Shown one piece after another: positions 40,568 to 53,500 of a DNA stretch of 64,000 bases (position 1 is its first letter; every line of letters begins with the position of its first letter). The position numbers and the translations under genes were made by a program. Source of the DNA: Antedon mediterranea (Eukaryota > Animalia > Echinodermata); the NCBI RefSeq assembly GCF_964355755.1, contig NC_092678.1, forward strand, positions 12,150,352 to 12,214,351, read 5' to 3'. Below the pieces are notes generated by a model. That model was given only the letters and a program-made list of their open reading frames with translations. It had not been told where the DNA came from and ran no database searches.

Positions 40568-40826
40568 CTTCTGAAACTTTGTAAAAAATAATGTTATAAT
40601 GTGAACGTAACCGCGTCACAAATTCTCATAAGATCGTATTTTTGTCATCGTCCGTCATGATGTTTTTCACCGTCACTGGCATAAAGCGTCTTCTTTTTGT
40701 TCTTTTTCTACTACTACTTATACTATTTACTATTTATAATTTAAATAGTTTCTTTTGTTTAGATTATTGATCTTAAACATATTTTATACGTATGACAAAA
40801 AAATAAAACAACAAAAGTTAACATAC

Positions 40827-40912
40827 CTGATGAAACAGCATGATTATATTAATTTGTAATAGGATAATCTAAATAAACAGTAATGTTGGTATTGATACAC
40901 GCGCCTTATATG
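40827..40912 (-). promoter_or_regulatory. putative TATA box and short first exon of copy E
   Basis: CATATAAGG at ~40912-40904; exon ends TCAG|GTATGT at 40827, like the TCAG|GTAAG first-exon ends at 17629 and 33171. Confidence 0.45.
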
Positions 40913-41070
40913 CTGTAACAAGTCATTAAATGTCAGTGACCTTTTATGTGCAAAAGAAACAAATAAAAAGAATACTGTAATTACATCGTAAAATCATCTG
41001 AATAAATCATTAAGGTTATATATTATTGGCTCAATACATTTATATGGTAAATATTGCTGATTGATAAAAC

Positions 41071-43012
41071 GGATGCTAGTCAAGTCGCCCCATCGCAAAG
41101 TCGCCCCATATGAAGTCGCCCCTTACAGAGTCGCCCCAAAACAAAGTCGCCCCTACACAGTCGCCCCATCGCAATGTCGCCCCATCGCAAAGTCGCCCCA
41201 ACGCAAAGTCGCCCCATCGCAAAGTCGCCCCATCACAAACTCGCCCTATCGCAAAGTCGCCCCAAAACGTTAAAAAATAGTTACAACTGCGTAAAATGTC
41301 GCAATGATACACAAAATAACACGGAACGTGTAGGCGTAAAAGGGGAAGCCCCGCCATGTAGTCTCAGGTCACACGATCGGCACGCACCCCCATCATCAGA
41401 GAAGAAGCCCCCGACTAATCACTCCGCGCTCTAGCTTACCAGAGGGAAACCCCTGTAATTACTCCGCCGTTGTCGCACTACAACGCACCATCTGAAGATG
41501 GGGAAACCCCGCCGGAGTTTTACGATATCAGTCGCGTTCGAAATCGGTCGCATTTAATTTTGGTCGCGATAAAATGATGTTATACGATCTAGATTATTTT
41601 TACTTTGGTCGATGAATATTTATTATTATTATTAGGCCTATATTGATTTGTAAACATAGTTTAAGATTATAGTATTATCCAGCATAATGTCATTTAACAG
41701 TACATAATTATTTAAATGTGAAATATTTTATAGGAAACGTAGGCTACGTCTGTGTCTTTTATTTTATATGCAACAAATTACGTAAAACAATTTATTTATA
41801 AACATTCAGTTTACTAATATATACATTATAACAATGAACATTGATTGTAAGCCTGGAAAGACAATCCCATCATTATATCCATTATAAAATTGCATCATAT
41901 CACCACTATATGTCGTAAATGATGACGTGCGTGTGTGTATTCGTCGTACGTCCGTGTACGTATTATTCCGTGCCTCTTCACTGTCTTGTTTAATTTACAA
42001 TTAAATAAACACCCGATATGGGGATATTTATTAGGCATGATAATTAGAATGTTCTATAACCGAAAAGGTTGAAAAGAATTATTCAGTAAAATTATCATTG
42101 TGCTGTTGAATAAAGGGCGACCCGCCATCTGAAACATTCTCTGAAACCAATCGGAGCTGCGCCTTCTGGTATCTGTTTCCTCACAGCTGCTACGTCTTTC
42201 TGCTGACCGTCGGGGATTCCCCTTTTTAAAAAACACGCACACGATACTGTACGATGGTTTTTCCATGGTCAAAATGTAGCGTTTTAATTTTACTAAAATA
42301 CCTGCATGTAAAACAATCATATCGACGATGAAATCCTTTTTTTTCATTTCTTCATTTTGAAAAGTCATAATAAAATTAAGACACAAAACTTGTCAATAAA
42401 TGCAAAATGATCAATAAGTAGCCTATAACACTCATTGTCTTACAACACTGTTATTGTTTTAACTACTGTAAATCTATACGAAGGCCTACTACACATTTAT
42501 ACATTTATTATATTATCCTAAAAAATTAGCTGGTATCCACGCGTAGGTTGAAGAAAGATTCGAAATTGTGGCTCTGGTAACTAATTTTAAAATCATATTA
42601 AATTAACATTTTTCGAAACTATAAATCAGAGATAATCTTTTTAGAACTTTCAAAAAAGGGACTATTTTTTTAATGATTTTTAAAAAGCACATCACTCCAT
42701 TAAAACCTGTAAAATGAAAATTAAAACACAAATTATGTATATAATAGGATAAACATTATAATGTATACGACATATAGCGCGACCAAAGTAACAACGCAAT
42801 CGATATCAAACGCAACCAATATGATTAAAACCGTGGGCGACTTTGTGATGGGGCGACTTTGCGTTGGGGCGACTTTGCGATGGGGCGAATTTGCGATGGG
42901 GCGACTTTGCGTTGGGGCGACTTTGCGATGGGGCGAATTTGCGATGGGGCGACTTTGTAATGGGGCGACTTTGCGAAGGGGCGACTGTGCCGGGGCGACT
43001 TGACTGGATCCC
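41071..43012. mobile_element. non-autonomous DNA transposon with subterminal 15-16-bp tandem repeats
   Basis: 8-bp TSD GATAAAAC at 41063-41070 and 43013-43020; AAGTCGCCCCATCGCA arrays in inverted orientation at the two ends. Confidence 0.8.
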
Positions 43013-44023
43013 GATAAAACCAGGGAAGAATGAAGTTAATTTTACTCTTCCCTGATAAAACATGGTTATTGTATATTATTCTATTACCCCTTCATATCTT
43101 AACATCAGTTGGGTTGATTGACAGGCTTGTTCATTGTCTTATGTCAGGCAACTTTAAACTTTTTATCTTTTAACAATCATTTTTATCTTTACATAATATT
43201 TATATTTATATATTTTTAGATTCAATTTTAATGATTGTTCAATTTGATGCCCAGCAAGTTTTAAATTTTTATCTCTTTGTATTTTTATTGTTTACTTTTG
43301 TTCAAGTGCAGTATATGGAGAGCCATCTCGATAGTGCTTTGCACTCATGGCAATCCTCAGCATGCTGCACCGCTGTCTTGTTGTCATGTTTTTTGTGCCT
43401 GAAAATTGAATAAAATAAAATAAAATAAAAATTCCCGTTTTAACTTTACATAACTAGGCCTTACCAATTATAATGAGACGAATGTGGATTTTTTCCCTTG
43501 AGTTGAAACATGACTAGAAAACTATTTAGGCTTTGGTTTCATTGGCACACTTATCGCTAATTTTGGCTGACAGGAACAAACTTACCTGGATAAAAAAACA
43601 GAGGTGAGACTTCCAACAAACATTTCGGAAATCCCGCCTTGTGTCAATGAGTACAATTGAGAACTAGAAAGCGCTATAAAATCGACTAAAAGTCCCAGTG
43701 GTCTAATGGTAGGATATTTGCAATCGAGCAGTTCTACGTCCGAAATCCGTTTTTAATCAATTTACAAAAGAGAATCAATGTGTATGTTATAGCGCGCGGG
43801 ACGATAACTTAACAATAACTATACCAATACACAAAAACGTAAACCAAATAATTATATTTATTATAAATGAATAATTTTATATAAGCAATGAAAAGTGAAA
43901 TCATAAAACTTCTTCCATAATTCTCTACCTTTAAGCATTCGTAACTCTTACAATTTCTCCTCCTTTACAGGGCCGTAACCAGGTTTGACGGCGGGGTGGA
44001 TCGTTAAGTTGTTTAGTGGAACC

Positions 44024-46747
44024 CAGGGGCGGATCCAGGATACCTATTGAAATAGGGGTGGCGTAACTTTGCGAGCGAAGCGAGCAAACATTGGCTGGGG
44101 GCCAGGGGGCCGCCAAGGGCCCCCGGTCGGGATCCAGGGGCCGACGGCCCCTGGAAATTTTGGCGTTCTAGCGCATTGTAAGTCGTTTAAAACGATTTAC
44201 AAACATCTCATAATGTCATTTACCAAACACTCTAAAGCTCGCAAATTACGACATGTGGAATATGCAGCTGATACCATGGAGGTATTTATTTTATACCTCC
44301 ATGCTGATACTTACCTAGGGTACCAAAAGCAAGCCAACAACTTGCCTGTACTTTACATCTAAATTTTTACAACGCGACGATGTTTTTCACCTTTATATTA
44401 TAAACTTGCCCTAGTCTAGGCCGGTATTATTTTTTTACACGCGCGCCGGGTCGATCGCGGTCACTATACTTCGCATGCAGCTAAAGTAAAATGACGTCAC
44501 GTTAAAGCGGGTCGTCACAGAGTCTCATGCATATTAATGAAGCAAACTTGCTGAGAGTGTTTTCACCACGCAACACATGCGACGAGAGATTTATCGAAAC
44601 TCCGAGCCGGCCATCGACTGACGGTCATGTTTTTGACAATTAAAATCACGGCATATTCAACGACCTGGTTTAAACGATTGTTTAAAAATTAGCGGTCCGG
44701 CTCGATTACATTATATTTAGTGATTTGAAAAAAACAAAACACCTCTTTTGTCATGATGTCATCGCGATGTGTTTACCGTCATCGACGGGAAAGCAAATAA
44801 AACAACAAGGGTCATGAAATGCTGCAGCATTGTTAATATTTTAATAGTAATACGTTTTAATAAAATTTAGCCCTAACGGGATAATTTTCGTAGGCATACA
44901 GTCCTAGCCTTTGTTTTTATTGTACTTAATAAATGGGCGCGTAGTATAGTAGCACTGACCATGTGGCTTCATCAACTCTATTGATCGTCTGAGGTAGGCC
45001 TACCGCTACTCTACAATACGGGAGTGACGATCACAAAGGATGCCGCCTGCTTAGTGGAACGCGACCAAGCTCACCACTGGCTTTTATCAACTTGCTCCTT
45101 TTACACTTAAAGGCTGGTTTCCTGTCGACGTAAGAACATCACTTTTGTTGCGACTACGTCGATTTGTCGTAAGAAATGCGGATTTTACAGGAAACCGATT
45201 ACGATCGAAAATTTATAAAATCGACGTAACGTAAGAAAAATGGTAACGACAAACGATTTTACAGGAAACCGATGACCTAACAATTGTTGCGTTACGACGT
45301 TTTCTTCCGATTTTACAGGAAACCGGGATTTTTGATCTTACGCTTGAATGAACGCCCTTGCGTCACGTTTCTTACGTCTCTTACGAAAGTTGACTTGAAG
45401 TCAACTTTCGCAAGAGACGTAAGCGCAATCGTAACAAGCAACCAATGAGCGACAAGAGTTATGACGTAATGTGTATGACCTTACAGTGAAATATAGCCGG
45501 ACAATAACATTTGTATGTATTTACCGTACTACTACAATTTTAGCCCACTTTACGATGTTGTACAATGTACATACTTTACAAATGCACAGTAGTTTCAATA
45601 TAATATTGTTCTAATCAGGGAGTTTACAACTCACATCAAAATATAATACTCTTATTTATGGACGTGCAATAAACAATCCGCATTGAAACATTCGACATTC
45701 TTCTGTTCTATTTGTCGGTAGAAACGTCGCGAAAATGAACATTTGCAACAAGATAAGATATAGAAAGCCCTTGTAAGCAATATAATATTATTATGTAACT
45801 TTAAAAAAAAATGTTTGCTTGATTTTGTATAATTTATATTGTTTTGTCAATATAAATTATATTTTGGTATGCCTGGGCCCATAGGTAGGTCTAATAATAA
45901 TAGGAATCCCGAAATGATTTGCCGTTTTTTAATTTTGAAAACTATTTAAGGCTAGGCCTACTAAGGCCAGAATAATTAATTCATATTTTGGTTCATACAA
46001 TAGTGCATAGGCCTAGCCTATTAGCCTGGCTCCTAGGCTAGTTTGATTATATTTTGGTCAAATCCATTCCTATTAGTACAGTATTAATTAAGTATTATCA
46101 CTAATACTAGGGCCTAGCATATCTACTAAAAATAATATGTTGGTGTGCTGCACTGACACTGAGTAGCTACAGGTACAATAACAACATTCAACATTTCGCG
46201 CGAAAAATGATAAAACCCGCTCTAAAAAGAAACACCAATCATAGATGTTGTTTCAAATACGTCATAAATCCGACCGACGTAAGAAAAAAATTTCAACTTT
46301 CGTAACAACACTAAAATCGACGTAAGCATACGACGTGTGTTTCACAGCCAAAATTTCAACTTTCGGGAGCAGCATAACTACAGATGTTTCTCTGTGGCCC
46401 GACACGATCTTGACTAACGTCAACGACGTCAATTTTTTCTCAACTTTCGTAAGAGACGTAAGAAACGTATGAAACGCAAGAATCGTTGCAAAATTCAACT
46501 TCTTATGTCGACAGGAAACCAGCCTTAACTGTGAATGATCGTTGGTAACGCTAGAGATTGATAGTACACAAAGGATGTCGACGTACATGCTTGGTGGAAT
46601 GCGACCAAGCTGACGATGTGCTCCGACGTACTATTTTCACTATGAAAATGTGCAAACCATCGGTGATTGATGACCGTCGAAACGATACGTGTTTTAAAAA
46701 TCTATTTAATAAAAAAAAAAAATACGCCCCCGCTAGATCCGCCACTG
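44024..46747. mobile_element. nested non-autonomous transposon with 5-bp TSD
   Basis: TIR CAGGGGCGGATCCAG / CTAGATCCGCCACTG; TSD GAACC. Confidence 0.8.
45111..46525. mobile_element. PIF/Harbinger-like non-autonomous element (third nesting level)
   Basis: TIR AGGCTGGTTTCCTGTCGAC / GTCGACAGGAAACCAGCCT; TAA TSD. Confidence 0.8.
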
Positions 46748-47035
46748 GAACCATACCCTCGAATTTTTTTCTCTATAGGCCTATGGCCGCAAATCGCATT
46801 TCCGGCTATTCTCTTTTGTTTATGAACTATATTGTTGGTGTAATTTCCAGCCCACAAATTTCAATTGCCGACCTTAATATTGCCGACCTTATATTGTCAG
46901 AGGACGGCATTCTCTTGCCGACCGAAATTAGGCTAGATCCCTCCTCCTTTCAATCCTCCTAGCAACAACATGGTACATTAGGGATCGTATCATTGAGACT
47001 TTAACAGGCATATTCACCATCATGTGGTGTTTAGG

Positions 47036-48635
47036 CAGTGGTGGCGCCAGCGGGGGGGCTACGGGGGCTTTAGCCCCCTCGTCGGGGAACCTAGCCCCCC
47101 CCCCCCCGTCGGGGAACACGGGTACTTTTTGTCGGGGAATATAATATACAGTAAAAAACGTTCGCGTTCACTTCATGCTTCAGCGCCCAGAAAACCACGA
47201 CGTTCCATTGACCGTGAGAGTACGTCAGAGGGCTATTACTGTATGCACTTTTATGCATTCATTTATTGCCAGCGATCTACTTACTACTAAACATTAGCTA
47301 GGTACGCACTTGTCTGGCGGTATCCCTTTGTACGAATCGTTCAACGTTGGGTCGAGACGCGTGATATCAAGTTCCATACAGGGACCAAAATGTGTAATGT
47401 AGTTATTTTCCAGGCGAAGTTTACCGACGGTTACCGAAGGGAACACGGGTACTTTTTGTCGGGGAATATAATATACAGTAAAAAGCGTTCGCGTTCACTT
47501 CGTAGCTAGCTTCAGCGCCTAGAAAACCGCGACGTTTCATTGACCGTGAGAGTACGTCAGAGTGATATTATGCACTTTATATATGCATTAATTCATTATT
47601 GCCAGCGACCTAACTTACTACTAAACAATAGCTAGGTTCGCACTTGTCTGGCGGTATCCCTTTGTACGAATTGTTCAACGTTGGGTCGAGACGCGTGATA
47701 TCATGTTCCATCCAGGGACCAAAATGTGTACTGTAGTTATTTTCCAGGCGAAGTTTACTGACGGTTACGTCGTGTACTGCGTCGACGTACGCTACACTAC
47801 AGCAAAAACGAATTATGTTAATTGTTCGTATGTTCACCAATTTTTTAATTTACAACTAACCTTCTGTACCGTGGGGCACCTAAAATAAATTTTTCATCCA
47901 TTACTAAACAAAAAAACATGCCATTTTCGCTTAGCCAACATCTTATTATAGCTAAGTTATTACATTTTCAATGTCCTGTATGTCATGAATTTCTCACCAC
48001 TCGGAAGTCCAGATAGTACGCACGCATACACTTGGGAGGAATAAACTTATTTCCCCGACTGAAAAAGGTCTACGCTTGCGTTTTTTAAGCCTCTAGGCCT
48101 GATGTTTCCAAAGTATAAAATGCAATTTTTTGAAGACCCGCAGCTCTAGTTTTAAACAGTTTCTTCTTAGCTCAGCCCCAACAATAAAGCTGGTCATATT
48201 TCGAAGTACAAGAAGTGCATTTTCCGGGACCTAACATCTCTATTTTTCAAACATTTCTTAGCTCAGTCACAACCATGATAGGGACTTATATATTTTGTTT
48301 CATGTTTTGAAGTATATTAAGTTCAATTTCCGGGACCTCCAACTCTATTTTTCTAAATGTTTTTTGAACTTTTATTTTTTAAATTGAAAAATATGGATTG
48401 AAACAGTCATCGCGCATCGTTTTTTTGCACGCAGTTTTTTATTTATGCATTATAAAAAATGGAAAAAATGGCTACCCTAAATCTGATTAAAATGACCTCA
48501 AATGACGCTAGAACGCGTTGCTTCCGGGGGCTTCGCCCCCTCGACCCCCACCGGGGGCCCTTGGCGGCCCCCTGGCCCCCAGCCTAGTGATTCTCGCATA
48601 GCCCCCGCGTCGGGAAGATCCTGGCGCCACCCCTG
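47036..48635. mobile_element. nested hAT-like non-autonomous element with an internal ~330-bp direct duplication
   Basis: TIR CAGTGGTGGCGCCAG / CTGGCGCCACCCCTG; GTTTAGG near both flanks; ~47112-47430 repeated at ~47438-47765. Confidence 0.7.
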
Positions 48636-50029
48636 TAGTTTAGGTAAAAAACCATGGAATTAAGATGATTCCTGAATTCACTCAACCATTGCATCTTGCA
48701 CTTGCGTCCGTGTGAGCTGCATGCTTTCTCTATCAAGCAGCTGGCTGGGCACGTCACACACGCACGCGGAGACCTGTGTAGGGGAATACCCTGTTGTGTC
48801 AACCAAACAACAACTATGCTCTGTGTACAGCTCGCTAGCTCCAGAACCACGATGTTCAGCAGTTATCAAATAGAACTTATCTTGTAAATTTTAGTGTTAG
48901 GTTTTTATATTTTAGTTAAAATATATATATATATATTAATTAAATTTATTAAGGCTTGACTAGGCCTGTAGTGAACAATCGTCGTGTTGTGTTAGTATGC
49001 CCAGCAAAAAAAAAGTGGGAGGCCAAGCGGAACTCGCTGTTCAGCGGGGGGATCGTACGATCCCCCCGATCTCCCCCTGGTTACGGGCCTGCTTTAAATC
49101 TTTTTTGAAAAAAACACCTGTTTCTCTCTCTGATTTTATTTCTTTTTCTCCTTCTTTCATTGTAGGTATACTGTATATTTACATATATAAATATATATAT
49201 ATATTTATTTTTTATATCTTTGTTAATTTTGTGTTTTTATAGTTTAATTTGTATTTACTGTTTGTATTATTTGAGGGTCCCAAATGATCAGCTGATGCTG
49301 GATGGACCACCCTCATAAAATATTGTTGAAAAAAAAAATATATATAATAAAAGTAAATGTTTTATTTACTTAACATAATGAAATTAAAATTCTTACAAAC
49401 ACAATGAAGACACGATTAATCATATTTTGTTTATTTTAAATATCTAAATTATGTTATTAATACTTCAATATTTTTTTTGCATTATATATTATAATAATAA
49501 TAGTAGGCAAGTAGGCCTATGAACAAATGAAATATATAAAATATAAAACTAAGTATAAAATCTTACAAAAATATAATATATGTTTAAAAATAAAAATAAT
49601 TTATTTAATTTCTCTCATGTAAGCTTTAGTTTCATCGAAACAACGCGATATATTTGGTGTATTATCGACGCATTTATACACACAAACTTAAATCCTTACA
49701 TAACGTCGCTGGAATAAGCAAGACAAATTATTCATATTTTTTATCAATGATGTAGACTAATTTGGTTTCCAGACGGCAATTCAACTTAATTTGTGTAAAA
49801 CGATAAACAATTGACTTATTTTGCGTTTCATACATATAATACTAGTTTCCAAAAAAAACCAAAAAACTGAAACACGACTAAAATACGACCTTTGACACAG
49901 AATGAAACAAGCAATGCAATCTATTACGTAATTCACTCAATGTATACGAATGCTTCCTAATACTGTACTGTATCTTATTTTGTAAAATATGAATAATATT
50001 AAATTACCTAAGTGCATACAATATTTAAT

Positions 50030-50222
50030 GATATTTTAATATTATTATATGTTATAATATTATTATATGTTATATGTTTTAATATTAATATATGTTATAT
50101 GTTTTAATATTAATATATTTTATATGTTTTAATATTAATATATGTTATATGTTTTAATATTATTATATGTTATATATTTTAATATTAATATATGTTATAT
50201 GTTTTAATATTAATATATGTTT
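50030..50222. repeat. AT-rich minisatellite in the plexin 3' region
   Basis: repeated AATATTAATATATGTTATATGTTTT-like units. Confidence 0.85.
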
Positions 50223-50513
50223 AACTGCACTGCACTTCTCATCCGATATTATAATAATTTCATCAAATCTTTCAGTGTTTTATTTACTAACTAAACTGAT
50301 TTTTTGCAACTTTACTACAATTTAATGATTTAGTTGCTTGTACCGAATTTATGATTATGAAATGTCCAAGAAATTCACATACAGAATAGTAAATAAATGT
50401 GAAGTTCACGGTTTATATTTGACTTCAATGTTCTACAAATTATGGGCATGACAAAAAGTAAGGACATAAAATATTGAGTACAGTCATCAAGTGACTTGCG
50501 AAATAATTAATGT

Positions 50514-53500
50514 TTAATGAACATCTTCATAAGGATTTGTAGAATGTTGACTGGTAGATGATTCTTCGTTAGGTTCTGCAAAGACGCTCCGCAACTGACG
50601 TAAATTGCGTTGTGTTTCATATCCCTCATCTTGCTGGAGAAGACTTGTAAGCTGTATTAAAACAAACACAACATTATGTGAGGTTCAGTTTAAGAAAAAG
50701 GACAAACTTTTTTATTGCACCGAATTATGAGGAATTCTTAACGCAAAAGGCCTTCATTTACAGCTGGTAAATTATCATAGAACCTGATCAAAATTGTATA
50801 ACAAAAGAGTGTCAGCATCAACTTTGGTGTGTGACCACGTTATGATGAATATAAAGAAAGAACAGGCTTGTGAAAGATATCATTCAGGGAAGTACTGTAT
50901 ACAAGAACGCGTCTTGATGTTAGAATTTGGAAAAGTCACAGAACTGATAGGAAGAGAATATTAAAACACGGATTGGTTTTCAATGGATTGCAAAGAAAAT
51001 AAATTGGTTGTTCCATTAATATTGAAACTTACCTTATCTGTGTGGTCTTTTAGATAGCTGAAAAGGTGCTTAAGTGTACTGGTTCGGCTAAAAATATCTC
51101 TGAAATTCTATTTAAAAAATATAAATTCATTAAATTAAACTCACAAAACTTTTATTTTAAATATTCTGGAAATGTTTGAACAACATATAAAAAAAACTAT
51201 TATTCTTACTTTGCCAGAATTGTGTAGTTCTTGGACAAAGCTTGCACGCTGGAACTCGGCTGTCTGAACCTTCTTATAGAAATTGTCAACCAGACTTCTG
51301 TAGTGTGGCATTTCTTTTGTATACAGCAAACGGTTTACTTCAGATTCCTTTGAAATAAAATAAATACATGCTACTGTAAATGCTAATTTTAAGAATTTGC
51401 TTGCTTTTGATATGAAGTAATTAATTAAAAAACAATGAACATATATTATAGTTATTGAAATAATAGTAATTAGAGTAATTAGTATTAATTTATTCATAAA
51501 ACACATTGCCTTGACATTTGTGGCGATAGTTTGAAGGTAAAATGAACAAAACAAATGTATACAACTAAAAACAAAACCATAATAAAACGATAAAAGCATT
51601 GCATTGACATTTATGGCAATAGTTTGAAGGTTAAAATTAACAAAAAAAACAATTTAAAAATTTAATAACAAAAAATAAACCATAAAATAAAACCATAAAA
51701 CATTGCCTTGACATTTTTGGCAAGAAAAAAAACCAATAATATATGAAATAAAAAACGAAACACAAACCATACAAATAAAACTATAAAATCATCTATAATT
51801 ATGTTTGGCAATTGTTTGAAGGTAAAAAAAATGTATGATTTATTGTTTGTATCAGTAACCACGGCTGCTATTTACTATGGGTGCTTAAGTACAATATTTC
51901 CTGACCATAACTAGTGGCAGATGTATATAGATTTTAATCAAATCAATAAAGGATATGTATCGTTGGCTCATTTTCAACACCATGTTGGACGATACTGGTC
52001 CCTGGCAGTGAACCTACTAGGCCTACAACACCATGTTGGACGATACTGGTCCCTGGCAGTGAACCTACTAGGCCTACAACACCATGTTGGACGATACTGG
52101 TCCCTGGCAGTGAACCTACTAGGCCTACAACACCATGTTGGACGATACTGGTCCCTGGCAGTGAACCTACTAGGCCTACAACACCATGTTGGACGATACT
52201 GGTCCCTGGCAGTGAACCTACTTACTTTTGTGAGTTGTATTTTCTTTGGTGAGCAAGATTCTATAAATGTTCTTGATATAATGCTCAAAGTACCCATTAT
52301 GGGTCCTGTCTGCTTGATGTCAAATATATATTCAGGGTGTTTAATAACCTGTACCCAGAATTTAGAGGGTACGCTAAGAGGAAAAGAAAAAAAAAACATT
52401 CTATAAAATGTTCTGTGTCAAAATAGAAACAATACCTATATAAAAAACAAAATACAAAACTCACTGAAATGATGGATTGGACAAAAAAAAATCAATTTGG
52501 AACACACCTGTTATTTTTCCAGGTGGTCAACGTGAGGTCATCAACACCTTGTTTCTTTGCTTCTTGATCAAATAGATCAAACAGATACTTAACAGATGGA
52601 GGAATTGGAGGATGAGAGCTGGATGCCCAAAATATTGTATTAAACATCTCATCCACATATTCTTTAATAGCTTCCTATATAACAAAAAATAAAATCTTTC
52701 AATTAAAAAGTTATGTGTTGCAGTCATCAGTGAATTAGGTTTTGACTGGTCACTTATAAGCTCTTCAAACTGAATAAAAAAACCAATATATAAAATAAAT
52801 GATAAACTACCTTTGTTGCCATTGCTCTGAGAAACTTGATTTCTTTGATGTCTCTTTTGGCATTTCTATGCATATTGAAGAGACTTTTTCTTTTAGGATC
52901 ACTTCTGCCGACATTATCTAGTGTCTAAAATAAAATTAAATTTATTGTAATTAACTTATCTTTACATACAACTGTTTTACTAGTTGATAAAAATAGTTAA
53001 AATAAAGTTTCATATTTCAATGAAGTGTACATGTTCCATGTATTTGAAATGAGATGACCACCATGTCAAGTTTAAAAAGGTCTAATGCAAAGATATCACC
53101 AAAGATAAAACATATATTGATACCAGATGATAATGCTTCATTCCAGATTCTTCTAAAGACTTCATTGAAATCACACCATTATCTGGTTCCAATGCTGCAT
53201 TGTCAAACACTAGAAATAACAAAAAAACCAGTGCGATAATATACAAATAATGAATGTTTATGAGTGTAATGGTACAAATAATGGCATGAGGTGAATGATG
53301 AAAGGTTGTTATATATCAATGAGGCAACAGCCGAGTTGATATATAACCTTTCATATAAAACATTCATTATTTGTTTTATATAACATCTAAATAGATTCCT
53401 GTCATTTGAATAAAATAAAAGGTAGGCCTAGCCTAATCAAGGCCTACATTTAATTCACATTGATTAAAACAGTAACATTTGGTTATTATATTATTATTTA

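Larger units (their letters stand above)
43968..49091. mobile_element. CAGGG-terminal non-autonomous transposon hosting three nested elements
   Basis: TIR CAGGGCCGTAACCAGG / CCTGGTTACGGGCCTG; TSD CTTTA at 43963-43967 and 49092-49096. Confidence 0.8.

Noticed and set aside
41491-41515. CTGAAGAT-GGGG-AAA-CCCC hammerhead-like start
   Set aside because: No GAAA box after the stem
41061-43063. ORFs with KVAPSQSRP / GRLCDGAT repeats
   Set aside because: Translations of the transposon's subterminal 16-bp repeats
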